Below, piece after piece: positions 23,604-34,648 of a stretch of 64,000 bases of DNA (positions are counted from its first letter, which is position 1; each line of letters begins with the position of its first letter). Below the pieces are notes generated by a model. The model was given only the letters and a program-made list of their open reading frames with translations. It had not been told where the DNA came from and ran no database searches. Source of the DNA: Thecamonas trahens ATCC 50062 (taxonomy: Eukaryota; Protista; Apusomonadida); NCBI RefSeq assembly GCF_000142905.1, contig NW_013657643.1, forward strand, positions 1 through 64,000, in the 5' to 3' direction. A program made the position numbers and the translations under genes.

Positions 23604-25823
23604 ATGGAAAGCCCCCGTCTGCGCAAGGCCGTGGTGCCCATTGCCGGGCTCGGGACGCGTATGTTCCCCTTTACCGGTGCTGTGGCCAAGGCCTTCCTTC
23701 CCTTGGTCGACGCCCGTCGTGGTCATGTCGTTCCCTTCCTCCACGCCCTTCTCCTCGCCATTCTCAATGATCCGCTCTCGTCCATCGATCAGGTCGCCAT
23801 TGTCCTCTCGCCGGCTCAGCGGCCGATGATTGAATCCTACTTTGCCGGTGATGCTGAGGCTCTGTGGGCGCCTTATGCGGCAAAGTCGGAGGCTCATGCC
23901 GCCGCCGTGGCAGAGCTCGCCGTCATCGGCTCCAAGATGGTCCTCATCGATCAGCCCGTCCCGCGCGGCTTTGGCGATGCTGTCCTGGCCGCCGCCGACT
24001 TTGTCGCCCCGGACGAGTACTTTCTGCTCTGTCTCGGCGACCACTTTTACACTTCAAGCTCCTCCACGTCGTGCCTCGCCCAGCTCCTTGCCGCCTTTGC
24101 CGCTGCCCCGGGCCCGATGACCTCGGTCGGCCTCACCCCGCTCCGCACAGCTCCTGTGTCAGGCGTCCTTGTTGCTGCTCCGGACGCAGTCCTTGATGCT
24201 ACTCGCGCCTTTGATCTGGCCGACATGCTCGAGAAGCCCTCGGTCGAGCTGGCCGCCTCCTGCGCCGCCATCCCGGACTCGCTCGCCATCTCGCCGCCGC
24301 CAGCCGAGTTGAGCATTCTTTGCAACTTTGGCATGGACATTCTGCCGGTAGACGTCTTTGACAAGCTCGCCCGTCAGGGCCAGACTGCGTCCGGTGAGTG
24401 CGAGCTCCGGGTTGGCCAGCTCGACATCCTGCGCGAGCGCGGAACCCGCGGCGTGCTCATCGCCGGTGACCGCCACGACACCGGTCTTCCTCACGACTAC
24501 GCTGCCTCGTTTGTCGCCGGCTACCTCGCCTCGGCGCGCACTCTGCTCTTCAGTGACTCGTCCGGCCCGCCACCTGAGCTTGTCGCTGCCGCCGCCGCCC
24601 TCGCGCCTTGGACGCCTACCGCCGCCTCCGGCTGGGCGCCCGGCCGCATCGACGTCATGGGCGGCATTGCCGACTACTCGGGTTCACTTGTGCTCCAGCT
24701 GCCGACGCCCGACCGCGGCAACCTCGCGTTTGTGGCCCGCAGTCCTACCGACACCGGCTGCGAGCCTCATCTCTGTGCCTCATCGACCTGCGCCGAGCCA
24801 GCATCGTTTGCCCTCCCGATTGCAAGCCTGGTCGAGTGCGCCTCGCCCTCTGACGTCCGCAGCGCACTCGCCGCTGCCGCCGCACCACGTTGGGCCATGT
24901 ATGCGCTCGGCGTCGTCGGCCTCCTCCACGCCGAGTCGTGGATCGATCTCGGCGCTGAGCCGGGCGCAGACCTGCTGCTGGCCATCGCATCGAACCTGCC
25001 ACAGGGGAAGGGCCTGGCGTCGTCGGCCTCGGTCGAGGTTGCGGTTGCCAAGGCCTGCGTCGCCGCCTTTGGCGCCGCCCTCGACGACAAGGCCCTCGCC
25101 CTCCTGTGCCAGCGAGTCGAGAACTTTGTCGTCGGCGCCCCGTGTGGCATCATGGACCAGCTTGCCTGCGCGCTTGGCGCGCCCGGAGCGCTCCTCGCCA
25201 TCGTCTGCCGGCCGGCCCAAATTGACGGCCTCGTTGCTATCCCGCCCGGCCTCACCGTCATCGACGTCGACTCGGGCGCATCCCACGAGCTCGCCGACTC
25301 CGGCTCGGCCTATACCGTCGTTCGCGCCGCCGCGTTCATCGGCGCCAAGCTCCTCGGCGTCTCCTGTCTCACCGCCGATGTCACCGTTGCGCAGCTTGAC
25401 GCTCTTCTGCCGACCCTCCCCGAGACTCTCGAAGCCGACGGCTTTGTCGCCCGCTTTGGCAGCCTCGACGCGCACCTCGACGCCGGCGTCACCCCACTCG
25501 AGGCCGGCGTCGCCTATCCGGTCCGAGCCTCGGTCGCCCATGCCGTCCGCGAGCACCAGCGGGTTCGCCTCTTCCGGCAGCTGCTGGCGACTCCTGTCCC
25601 GGCCGCCGAGACTAAGGCGCTGCTCGGCGAGCTCATGCTCGCCTCGCACGCCTCCTACACCCGCCTCGGCCTCGGCAGCGCTGCCACCGACGCCATCGTC
25701 ACCCGCGCCGTCGCGCTCCCCGGCGTTTGGGGCGCAAAAGTCACCGGCGGCGGCGGCGGAGGTGTGGTCGCTATCCTCTGCGACGATCATGCCGTCGAGC
25801 TTGTCCGCTCTTCGTTTTCCTAA
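23604..25823 (+). CDS. Bifunctional GalU-type sugar-1-P nucleotidyltransferase + L-arabinokinase-like GHMP kinase
   Basis: N-terminal KAVVPIAGLGTRMFP, Q..PRGFGDAV, LGD, EKP; C-terminal APGRIDVMGGIADYSGSLVLQLP, PQGKGLASSASVEVA, VENFVVGAPCGIMDQ, GAKVTGGGGGG; uninterrupted ORF. Confidence 0.9.
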   Translation: MESPRLRKAVVPIAGLGTRMFPFTGAVAKAFLPLVDARRGHVVPFLHALLLAILNDPLSSIDQVAIVLSPAQRPMIESYFAGDAEALWAPYAAKSEAHAAAVAELAVIGSKMVLIDQPVPRGFGDAVLAAADFVAPDEYFLLCLGDHFYTSSSSTSCLAQLLAAFAAAPGPMTSVGLTPLRTAPVSGVLVAAPDAVLDATRAFDLADMLEKPSVELAASCAAIPDSLAISPPPAELSILCNFGMDILPVDVFDKLARQGQTASGECELRVGQLDILRERGTRGVLIAGDRHDTGLPHDYAASFVAGYLASARTLLFSDSSGPPPELVAAAAALAPWTPTAASGWAPGRIDVMGGIADYSGSLVLQLPTPDRGNLAFVARSPTDTGCEPHLCASSTCAEPASFALPIASLVECASPSDVRSALAAAAAPRWAMYALGVVGLLHAESWIDLGAEPGADLLLAIASNLPQGKGLASSASVEVAVAKACVAAFGAALDDKALALLCQRVENFVVGAPCGIMDQLACALGAPGALLAIVCRPAQIDGLVAIPPGLTVIDVDSGASHELADSGSAYTVVRAAAFIGAKLLGVSCLTADVTVAQLDALLPTLPETLEADGFVARFGSLDAHLDAGVTPLEAGVAYPVRASVAHAVREHQRVRLFRQLLATPVPAAETKALLGELMLASHASYTRLGLGSAATDAIVTRAVALPGVWGAKVTGGGGGGVVAILCDDHAVELVRSSFS

Positions 25824-25854
25824 ACAAGAACACTCCTTGCGTATCTCTCATCTT

Positions 25855-25922
25855 TCGCTGCGAAGCTGTTGTCGCTGCCAAGCTGCTGTCGCTGCGAAGC
25901 TGCTGTCGCTGCGAAGCTGTTG
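25855..25922. repeat. 17-bp minisatellite x4 (TCGCTGCSAAGCTGYTG)
   Basis: Four head-to-tail near-identical copies, no spacers. Confidence 0.9.
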
Positions 25923-26055
25923 TGACGTTTGCATGCGCTTTGAGCTGCAAGTCAAAAATTTCGGGCAAACCGTTGGGCGGGCAATCATTCCGAGTACGAA
26001 CAAAGTAATAATACCTTTCCCCCCCTCTCCCCAACCTTGTTGCCTTCTCACCACC

Positions 26056-27485
26056 ATGGCCGGTACGTTATCCACCCACCCACACGTATGGTCTTTGCCA
26101 GTGCGGCACCAAGTACATGATACGAAAGAGCACGGTATCAACTATCCGTTCATGTCATCAATTTCCATCGCCCATCCCACCACCGTTCTCCATCCCCCAC
26201 GGAAAGTGGCAACCGATCGAGTGGTGGAGGGATGGCAGTCAGCCGCTGCCACCGGTGCGCCTCCTCCCGCACCGCATACTCATGCCATCTGACGTGTGCC
26301 ACTACAGATAACAGCACTTCGATCGAGATGCTCGAGCTCTCGGGCCTCCGCGCGCTTGTGACGGGCGGCGCCGGCTTTATTGGCTCGCACCTGGTCGACG
26401 CATGTCTCGCCGCCGGCATGACCGTCCGCGTCCTCGACTGCCTCATGGAGGCCTCGCATGGTGCTGGTGCCGATTGGCCCGAGTACCTGCCGGAGAGCGT
26501 GGAGAAGATGTACGGCTCGGTGGCGGTGCGCGAGGATGTGTTCAAGGCGCTGACCAACATCGACGTTGTCTTCCACATGAGCTCCATCGGCGGCCTTGTT
26601 GAGGGCTCCGTCTTTATGCACGAGAACGCGACGGGCATGGCACTTATGTTTGACGTCATTGCCCAGCACAAGCTTCCCATCAAGAAGATCGTTGTCGCCT
26701 CCTCGCAGGGCATCTACGGTGAGGGCCGCTACGCCTCGCCCGACGGCACCGAGTTCTCGCTCGCCGGCACCGGCGAAGTCGGCATGCGCAAGGAGGCCGA
26801 TCTCGACAACGGCATGTGGGAGGTCCGCTGTCCGAAGACCGGCGAGCCGACAACGGGCGCGTGTGTGCCCGAGTGCCAGACGCCGATGCCGGCGAGCCCG
26901 TACGCCATCTCCAAGATGGCTGTCGAGCAGCTGGCCCTCGTCATGGGCCGCGCCCAGGGCATCCCCACCGTTGCGCTCCGCTTCGGCCTCACCTACGGCC
27001 CGCGGCAGTCGGTCAAGAACGCGTACTCGGGCATCGTCTCCATCTTCTCCACCATGATCCTCAACGGCAAGAACCCGATCATCTACGAGGACGGCCTGCA
27101 GACCCGCGACTTTACCTTTGTCGCTGACAACGTCGCCGCCCAGCTGCTGGTCATGCGCGACCCGCGCGCCAACTACCAGGTCTTTAACGTCTCCACCGGC
27201 GTCGCCACCACCCTCAACGAGGTTGTCGAGATCCTCGCCAACGAGTACGGCCGCCCTGAACTGACCGGCTCCCGCCCGGGCAAGTACCGCCTCATCGACG
27301 CCCGCCACCTCGTCCTCGACTCATCGCGCCTCCGCGCCCTCGGCTGGGCCCCGCAGTACACCGCCGCCATGGGCCTCAAGGCCCAGGCCACTTGGATCAA
27401 GACCCTGGGCGAGGTCAAGGACTACTTCTCCGACACAATGACCAAGCAGGAGGGTGCCTCGTTTGTCCGCGGCTCCAAGGCGTAG
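26056..27485 (+). CDS. NAD-dependent NDP-sugar epimerase/dehydratase (extended SDR); exons 26056-26062, 26308-27485
   Basis: LVTGGAGFIGSHL, ASS..IYGEG, YAISK (YxxxK), YGPRQ, EDGLQTRDF; ATG GCC G|GTACG..CAG|AT restores MADNSTSIEML. Confidence 0.92.
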
Positions 27486-27586
27486 CCCGCTGATCATGGC
27501 TTCCTCGTTTTGTACCAATACACATACTCACGCTGCCGCGCGCTTTATCCCTCCAAAATTCCAGCCTGCCATCCGCCGACGTGCGC

Positions 27587-29059
27587 TTACGCAATCGAGA
27601 CGCTCGGCACGTCCTGGAGCCACGATGAAATGAGCTCAAACTCCTGCTTGCGGGCGTCGATGACCGACTGCGGGTCGGCCGGATCCGACCACCGCAGGTC
27701 GAGGTGGTGAGCGCCGTGCTCGATGACAATGGCCACGACCGAGTCCGAGACTGTCTTGGTCACGCCGCCGCTGATCCACGGGTCCAGGACGCCATTGGAG
27801 AGGATGATGTTCGACGCGGCCTCGAGGTTGTTCGAGCCGTAGTACGTCTGAGCCCAGTACGGGCGTGGCATGACGCCAAACTGCTGCATGCAAGCCTCCT
27901 CGTATGCCGTCAGGTTGAACGGCGCCGGCCAGAACATGTCCGTCGTCCCGGTCTGGGTGATGGGGAACACCATCTCGGTGCAAGCCTGAAAGTCCCACGG
28001 AGTCATGTTGCCGAGGTTCGGCGAGAGCTGCGCGTAAATGTCAAAGCACTCGGCGTCGCCGGTCCCGTTCCAGTACACTCCGGCAGCGAGGCCAAAGGCG
28101 GCGATCCGCTCGGCATCGGTCGGCTGCGTCGGCAGAGCCGTCGCGTACTTGCACGACACGTTCACCGGGTTGCCGGGCATCGGCCGCAGAAAGTCCGACG
28201 GCGCCGGGTAGTCGAGCATCGACATGTACGCAAACGCAGAGTTGCTCCACTCGAACACCTGGTCGACGTCGGCCTGGCTCTCCACAGGCTTGCACGTCCG
28301 CAGCGCATCGCCAATTGCCCGCCGCCCGCTCGCCGTCGTCCGCATCTCAGGCAGCACGTTGTTGTACACCTGCCGGATGTTGTCCGCGCACCCAGGCGCA
28401 GCATCGGCAAAGTCACGCGTGATGACCGCGTTGTACGCTGTCGGATCCACAAGGCCCTCAAACTCCAGAATCGGCGCAGACGCCGCCAGCGAGCCCTTGA
28501 CCAGCGCAGGGTACTTGACCCGAATCCATGCCGCGAGCATCCCGCCGTACGAGCCGCCAAAGGCAATGACCTCGGACTTGTCCAGGCCCTTGTACTCACC
28601 CAGAAGCTTGCCCTGCTGGATCTGCACCAGCAGATGCGCATAGTCCGCGAGGGCCTGCTCCGACGAGCACAGCCGGATGTTCTCGGGCGTGAACGAGTCG
28701 GCGCCAAACGGGAGCGTCTCGCCATAGTACCGATGCTCGATGAAGAGGACAAAGGCCCCGAGCCGCTCGGCAAACTCAAAGATGAGCCCGGTGTTGTTGT
28801 AGAACGAGACAATGTCGCCCTCGTTGCCCGTGTAGAGGAAAATCGGGCCGCCCGTCCGCTCGTCGTAGTACTTGTCCGTGAAGATCATCCGCTGCTTGAA
28901 CGTCGTCGCTCCGTCGGCGCCACGGGTGGTAAAGTCAAAGTGGTCCAGCTCCTGCGTCACCCACTGGGTGGTGTACGCCGGCGACGCACCCTCGCTGCCC
29001 ACCGCCACATACACCACAGCCACCGCCAACATTGCTGCATACGTCATACTCCTCACCAT
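27587..29059 (-). CDS. PRCP: Lysosomal Pro-X carboxypeptidase / DPP7 (peptidase S28)
   Basis: Signal peptide; Q.LDHF, GPIFLYTGNEG, EHRYYG, GGSYGGMLAAW, GAHHLDL. Confidence 0.93.
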   Translation of the reverse strand: MVRSMTYAAMLAVAVVYVAVGSEGASPAYTTQWVTQELDHFDFTTRGADGATTFKQRMIFTDKYYDERTGGPIFLYTGNEGDIVSFYNNTGLIFEFAERLGAFVLFIEHRYYGETLPFGADSFTPENIRLCSSEQALADYAHLLVQIQQGKLLGEYKGLDKSEVIAFGGSYGGMLAAWIRVKYPALVKGSLAASAPILEFEGLVDPTAYNAVITRDFADAAPGCADNIRQVYNNVLPEMRTTASGRRAIGDALRTCKPVESQADVDQVFEWSNSAFAYMSMLDYPAPSDFLRPMPGNPVNVSCKYATALPTQPTDAERIAAFGLAAGVYWNGTGDAECFDIYAQLSPNLGNMTPWDFQACTEMVFPITQTGTTDMFWPAPFNLTAYEEACMQQFGVMPRPYWAQTYYGSNNLEAASNIILSNGVLDPWISGGVTKTVSDSVVAIVIEHGAHHLDLRWSDPADPQSVIDARKQEFELISSWLQDVPSVSIA

Positions 29060-29084
29060 GATGATTGGCGAGTCAAGTCTGCCC

Positions 29085-29138
29085 TGCCCTGCCCTCCCTC
29101 CCTCCCTCCCTCCCTCCCTCCCTCCCTCCCTCCCTCCC
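29085..29138. repeat. (CCCT)n microsatellite upstream of PRCP
   Basis: Tandem ccct units. Confidence 0.9.
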
Positions 29139-29181
29139 TGTCCATACCACGGCACTCGTTTTGCTTTGCTACACACGCCAC

Positions 29182-30399
29182 CTACCTCTCGGCCACATTG
29201 CGCTCGACGACTACGAGACAGGGATCTGGGTCGGCCACGGCCTCGATTGACGAGTTGCCTGTGGGATCGTCGAGGATAACGGTGAACGGGAGCTCGTCCT
29301 CACCGGCGATGCACGCGTCGAGCCGTGCCAGGAACGCCGCCCATGGAGCAGCATCGTCGCTGCTACGCGAGGCAGCGCCCAGCTGTTGGCGCACGTCAGC
29401 GAGCAGACCCTCGACCGTCGTCACCTTGCCGCCCAGCGTTCCTGGCTTCAGCCGGAGGCCGAGCTCGGGCACCTCGATCCCTGCTGTCTCGGTCTTGATC
29501 ACTTGGCGGCCGAGATCGCTGCGCTCGTTGACGGTGAGCGTGTGCGTTCGGCCGCACCTGCTCGGCGTCGCCGTCGTTCGAACGTCGTTGGTCTTGTACC
29601 CGCAGCCCTCGCAGACAAAGCCCGAGACTGTGGTCTCGTTAAAGTGCGGAACCTGCATCACAATCGTTCGCACTGTTCCGGGCATCGAGCACATCCCGCA
29701 CTCGACCGCCATGCTCACCACCTCCTCTGCCACCACCGCCAGCTCGTCCTCAATCTCGCTGTTTGGCCCAATGTACGACGCTCCCGACGGATCGTGAATT
29801 GTCAGCGTGAACGCCATGGCCCCGCGTAGACACGCTTCGAGCTGGTCCACAATCTCGTCGATCCGAGCCGCGGCCTCGGGCTCCTGGATCCGCCGCACCG
29901 GCTGCATCGCACTCAGCCCAACACACGCACGTCGCAGCAGCCTCTCCACCGTCGTTAGCTCGGCTTGTCCTGCCGCTGGCGCCCGGAACCCAATCTCCGG
30001 CACCTCCCAGCTCGCCGTCGCCGATCGAACCACTTCCCGACCCAAGTCGGCGCTTCCCGCCATCACCTCGGACATCGCCGCCTCGACGGCCCCTTCCCGC
30101 AAATGGCACACATCAGACATAACCACAGTGGCCTCTGCCGAGCACTCGTCACATTCAAAGACCACAACATCCAGACCTGCCGCCCACCAGCTGTGAGTTG
30201 CTTCGATGGCTTGCCCCATGCAGCGAGCGCAGCCGCTGCTTGCACCACACCTTTACACGCTCGCCACAGGCAGCAACGTACAGCCGAGTCCCGACACGTC
30301 GACGCTCTCCGCACGTCCCGACCCCACTGCTCCACAGTCTGCGCACTCGACCGGCACGTGTCTTGTGCTCGTCCCACCCCCGCCCTCGGTGTCTGTCAT
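29182..30399 (-). CDS. ZPR1: Zinc finger protein ZPR1; exons 30399-30282, 30176-29182
   Basis: Two C4 fingers (CADC..CDEC; CGMC..CEGCGYKTNDV), DLGRQVIK, GGKVTTVEGLL, LDDPTGNS; a 105-nt GTACGT..CAG intron removes an in-frame stop. Confidence 0.9.
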
Positions 30400-30443
30400 G
30401 TCGAGGTGACCGAGCGACGAGTGCTGCGCGTCGCGAGCTGCAC

Positions 30444-31934
30444 TCACCCACGCCGCTTCCGCATGCCGCGCACTCGCTTGCCAGCGGGCGAGTCATCATC
30501 TTCACGCCGCCGCTTCCGCTTCGTCTTGGGCTTGTTTCGGCCCTTGGCCGCGGCCTTGGACTTGGATGTCTGCTTGCCACGCAGTCGCTTGGCCGCCAGC
30601 AACTCCTGTCGTGACTGGCCGACCGGGAGTGCGGCCATGGCCATCGTGAGCGCCGCGGCGTCATCGGCACGGGTCGAGACCCAGAACTCGTCGGATCCGA
30701 GGTCGGAGACTGTGCGCCCGGGCGTAAAGGTGACTTGCTCCACACGCGCCGGCACCGGCGACTGCGGCCCATCGTCCTCCGAGCTGGACCCTGGGACGCA
30801 TGCTTGCGTCGGCGGGGCCTTGGAACTCGGCTGGACTGACACAGGTGTCATCGTTGGCCGTGGTAGCGCCATCCGCGGCGTGCTGGGCGTCAGCGGCCCG
30901 TACTGTAGCACTCTCAGCCGGTTCGGCCGTGAGAGCGTCAGATGCGGCCGGGCTGCCTCAGCGGCATGCCCGGCGAGCCTCACCGGCGTCGTCTCTGGTC
31001 CGATACCGTCGTTGCTGTCCTCATCATCGTTGGAGACCGATGGAAGGCACACTGGCGGCGCTGGTTGCACCGTCGGTTTGGGCGCAGATAGTCGCGGTGG
31101 CGCAGGTGTCGGCGCGCCGCCGGCGTTGGATCCTGCGTCGGAATCCGAGTCAGACGCCAGCACGCACAGGCTGCCGCCATTGTCTACTCGGCTCGTACCC
31201 ACCGTCGGCCGCACTCGCGTCAACATTCGCCACATCGAGCCCGGTGTCGAGATCGAGACGTTGAGCGCTGCTGGCCCCTCGCTCCTCTCGGCTCCAGCTC
31301 CACATTCGCTCGACGACGACGAGCCCTCCAGCTTTCGCAGAAACGAGGCGTTGATAGCCGCTGATGATGACGAAGACACCGAGTCTGCCACCGACACCGT
31401 CGACTCCTCACCAGAGCCCGACTCGGTCTCGGGCACCAGGACCTGCGAGAGGCCCGGTGACCTGACCGGCGAGCTGGAGGCCACCGGCGAGTCTTCCACC
31501 ACCCAGTTGTTGAACGACGGCGACCGGCCGATCCGCACTGGTGACGAGGCTTGTGGCCGAGGCGATGCCGACGCACGCGACCGTGGCGAGAGCGAAGCCT
31601 GCTGCGAGTGCGATGGCGACGAGTGCGGCGAGTTGGAAGCTTGCGATGAAAAGGAAAAGACTCTGGCCAGCGCCGACGGCGTCCGCTTGAGCGCCGGCGG
31701 TGTGATGACGATGGGCAGATCCATGGGCGAGTCCAAATACGACACTTGCTGCTTCTGTTTCTCTTCCATCGCCCGACTCGAGCCACGCCGCATGGAGCCA
31801 TGTCGGCGCGAGGATGTGGCGACTCGGCTGCTCCTCGCTGAGCCATTCGCTCCCCGCGGCGTCGTTGGCGCGCGGGCACCACCAGGCACAAGCCGGACCC
31901 GTGTCTGCCTAGCCTTTCGCGTTGTCCGTGGCAT
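30444..31934 (-). CDS. Hypothetical Ser/Pro-rich disordered protein with basic NLS-like C-terminus
   Basis: Long ORF with many SP motifs, ending KPKTKRKRRR..KRVRGMRKRRG; start codon uncertain. Confidence 0.6.
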   Translation of the reverse strand: MPRTTRKARQTRVRLVPGGARAPTTPRGANGSARSSRVATSSRRHGSMRRGSSRAMEEKQKQQVSYLDSPMDLPIVITPPALKRTPSALARVFSFSSQASNSPHSSPSHSQQASLSPRSRASASPRPQASSPVRIGRSPSFNNWVVEDSPVASSSPVRSPGLSQVLVPETESGSGEESTVSVADSVSSSSSAAINASFLRKLEGSSSSSECGAGAERSEGPAALNVSISTPGSMWRMLTRVRPTVGTSRVDNGGSLCVLASDSDSDAGSNAGGAPTPAPPRLSAPKPTVQPAPPVCLPSVSNDDEDSNDGIGPETTPVRLAGHAAEAARPHLTLSRPNRLRVLQYGPLTPSTPRMALPRPTMTPVSVQPSSKAPPTQACVPGSSSEDDGPQSPVPARVEQVTFTPGRTVSDLGSDEFWVSTRADDAAALTMAMAALPVGQSRQELLAAKRLRGKQTSKSKAAAKGRNKPKTKRKRRREDDDSPAGKRVRGMRKRRG

Positions 31935-32218
31935 GCTCTCTGCCCTCTGCCTCGTACACGCAGCGAGCAGTGTTCCCTCTTCTCCCACCCTCCCTCCCTC
32001 CCTCCTCCCCCCCCCCCCCCCCCCCCCCACCCCCCACCCCACCCGCGTCACACCAGCTGCTACGCAACACCAAGCTACCGAACCCTACCTACCACTTCTT
32101 CCAATGTCTTCCTTTAACATGTCCACGCTCTTGCCGCTTGCGTCGAAAAGCCGGCATATACCGCCGAGACGCGGCGCACGGCGGAGTCCAGAAAGGGTCG
32201 TGGTTTGGTGACTAAACC

Positions 32219-34648
32219 TCACGACGAGGCCGACGGGACCGAGTGGCCGATGGCATCGGCGGCGAGGTCTTTGCGGATCTTGGTGAGGATGGTGTCGGCG
32301 CCGTCGGCGAGGAGGGCGTCGGCGACAGCGACGCCAAAGGCGCGGGCAGCGTCGAGGACCCGGGCGTAGGCGCCGTCGTCAGCGGCGTCGTCGAGCGAGG
32401 CGCCGCCGAGTGCGTCGGTGAGCGAGACCGAGTCGTTGACGGCGACCATGTCGGCGCCATCGAGCGAGATGACTCGGGCGGTGATGGCGAGCTCGTTGGT
32501 GGCGGTGTTGAGGGTGGCCAGCGCACCGACCGGGAGCTTGCATCCGCCCTCGAGGTGGTGGAGGAGTGCACGCTCAGTGACGACCGCGACCTCGGTCGGG
32601 CGGTGGTTGATGGCGGCGCGGACCTGTGCGGCGGCGTCGGTGTCTGCGGAGCGGACCTCGATGCCGTACGCGGCCTGACCGACGGCCGGGAGGCAGAGCT
32701 CGTGGTCGAGGACGAGGTCAATGCGCCCGTCGAGCGAGACCCGGTTGAGGCCGGCGACCGCGAGAATGATGGCGGCGTACGGCGGGTCGCGCGTTGGCGT
32801 GTCGAGCTTGGTCAGCCGGGTGTGGATGTTGCCGCGGATCGAGTCAAAGACCAGGCCCGGGTACGCCCGCTTCAGCTGGGCAATCCGCCGCAGCGAGCTC
32901 GTGCCCACCACCGAACCGGCAGGGAGGTCGGCGAGCGACGTCGGGCGCGGGACAATGGCCCGCGAGAAGACGACGCAGTCCGACGGGCACGATCGCTCCG
33001 AGTAGGCGACCAGCTCGAGGCCGGCCGGCAGCTTGGTCGGCACGTCCTTGAGCGAGTGAACGAGGACGTCGACCGCCGAGTCGAGAAGCGCAGCCTCGAG
33101 CTCCTTGGTGAAAATGCCCTGCTCGCCAAACGAGGCCAGGTGGCGCGACTGGTCGAGGTCGCCGAGCGTCTCGCGTCGGACAACCGAAAAGGCGCCGAGC
33201 GGACGGGCGGCACGGAGCTTGCCCAGGATCTCACGGGTTTGCGCCAGCGCGAGCAGCGACGAGCGGGTCCCGATCCGCAGTGTCCGCTGGGTGTGGTCGT
33301 ACGCATGCACCGCGTCCACAAAGACCTTGACCTTGGCCGGGTCCATGTCCGGGTAAATGCCGTGCCCGAGGTTGCAGATGTACCCGGTCGGGCCAAAGGC
33401 TGAGAGCATGGTCCCGACAGCGGCCACTAGGTCCTCGTCCGATGCGTAGAGGTAGCACGGGTCGATGTTGCCCTGAAGCGCCACGCGTCCGCCAGTCTGC
33501 GTCCGCGCATACTCTGGGTCGATGGTCCAGTCGATGGAGAGCACGTCGTAGAACGAGTACGAGAGGTCGTGGAGCGCCCAGTGCGCGCCGCGCGCAAAGG
33601 CCGTCATCGGCACCGCCGCGGCGCCGAGCGCGCTCTTGACCCGGGTCGCAATCTGGGTCAGGTACGGCAGACCAAACTCGTCGTACAGCTCGCGGGTGAG
33701 TGCGCCGGCATTCGAGTCAAAGACCTGCAGCAGCTGCGCGCCAGCCTTGGCCTGCTCAACCAGATGCGCCACGACAACGTCGGTGATTGCCTGCAGCAGC
33801 TGGTGTGACGCAGCCTTGTGGATGTACAGCCACTTCTTGGCCTTGGAGTGGGTCTTCGACCCACCGCCCTCGATCATGTACGCCATCAGCGTCCACGGTG
33901 CACCAACAAACCCGATGAGCGGCACGGCGCCGCCGATGTTGGTCCGCGTCAGCGCAATGGCCTCGTACACATACGACAGCACGCTCGCCACATCCGGCTT
34001 GAACTCGAGCCGGCTCTGCATGTCCTCAGGACTCTCCAGCGGAGCTGGGAACACAGGGCCCTTACCCTTCACCATTTGCACCTCCATGCCCATCGCCTGC
34101 GGAACCACAAGAATGTCTGAAAAGATGATCGACGCGTCGTACTCGAACCGACGCAGCGGCTGCAGCGTCACCTCGCACGCCAGCTCGGGCGTGCGGCAGA
34201 TGTTGAAGAACCTGCACGTGCCGCCACCATCTCGCCACTGTGAGTCTTGCGCCCATACTGCAGCTCAGTCTCTCTATCTGATGTGGTACCCGACGTTTGG
34301 TCCGGCAAACCCCACATCCCGGCACCCATCACCGACCGGGTGAAGGCGGTGCGTCCGGCCAAGGATGGATGGGCAGCATGGGAGGGGAGGGGAGGAGAGG
34401 GAGGAGGAGGAGGGAGGCGGGGGGGGGGGGGAGGGGGGTCAAGTACATGGACACGTACCCATTGGCCTGGGAGACTGCGCGGTACTCGGGGAGGTAGCGA
34501 CCAGCCTGGCGCATGATCCACACAGGCGTCCGCTCGGTCGTCTCGCCACGAGCAGCACGGAGGAGCAGGTCATTGGCCAGAGGGGGAAGGAGCCATCACC
34601 AGCAGGCGGAGTCAAGGGCGCACCCTCAGCAGTCACAGATGCAGACAT
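32219..34648 (-). CDS. hemE-hemC: Uroporphyrinogen decarboxylase (HemE) - porphobilinogen deaminase (HemC) fusion; intron 34458-34212; -1 frameshift at ~34585
   Basis: UROD: [54 protein letters not shown]. Then PBGD: [41 protein letters not shown]. No stop between the two. Confidence 0.93.

Noticed and set aside
25855-25922. CRISPR-like array
   Set aside because: Repeats are contiguous without spacers, only 17 bp, in a eukaryotic context with no cas genes
30400-30450. Possible splice fusion of the Ser/Pro-rich ORF to ZPR1 via GTGAGT at its stop
   Set aside because: Would need a tiny intron with a donor type not otherwise seen here; ZPR1 has its own ATG at 30399
27704-32211. Long antisense ORFs (27704-29797, 29965-32211, and similar ones at 3553-5142 and 52486-54669)
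   Set aside because: Shadow ORFs expected from high-GC codon bias opposite recognisable genes
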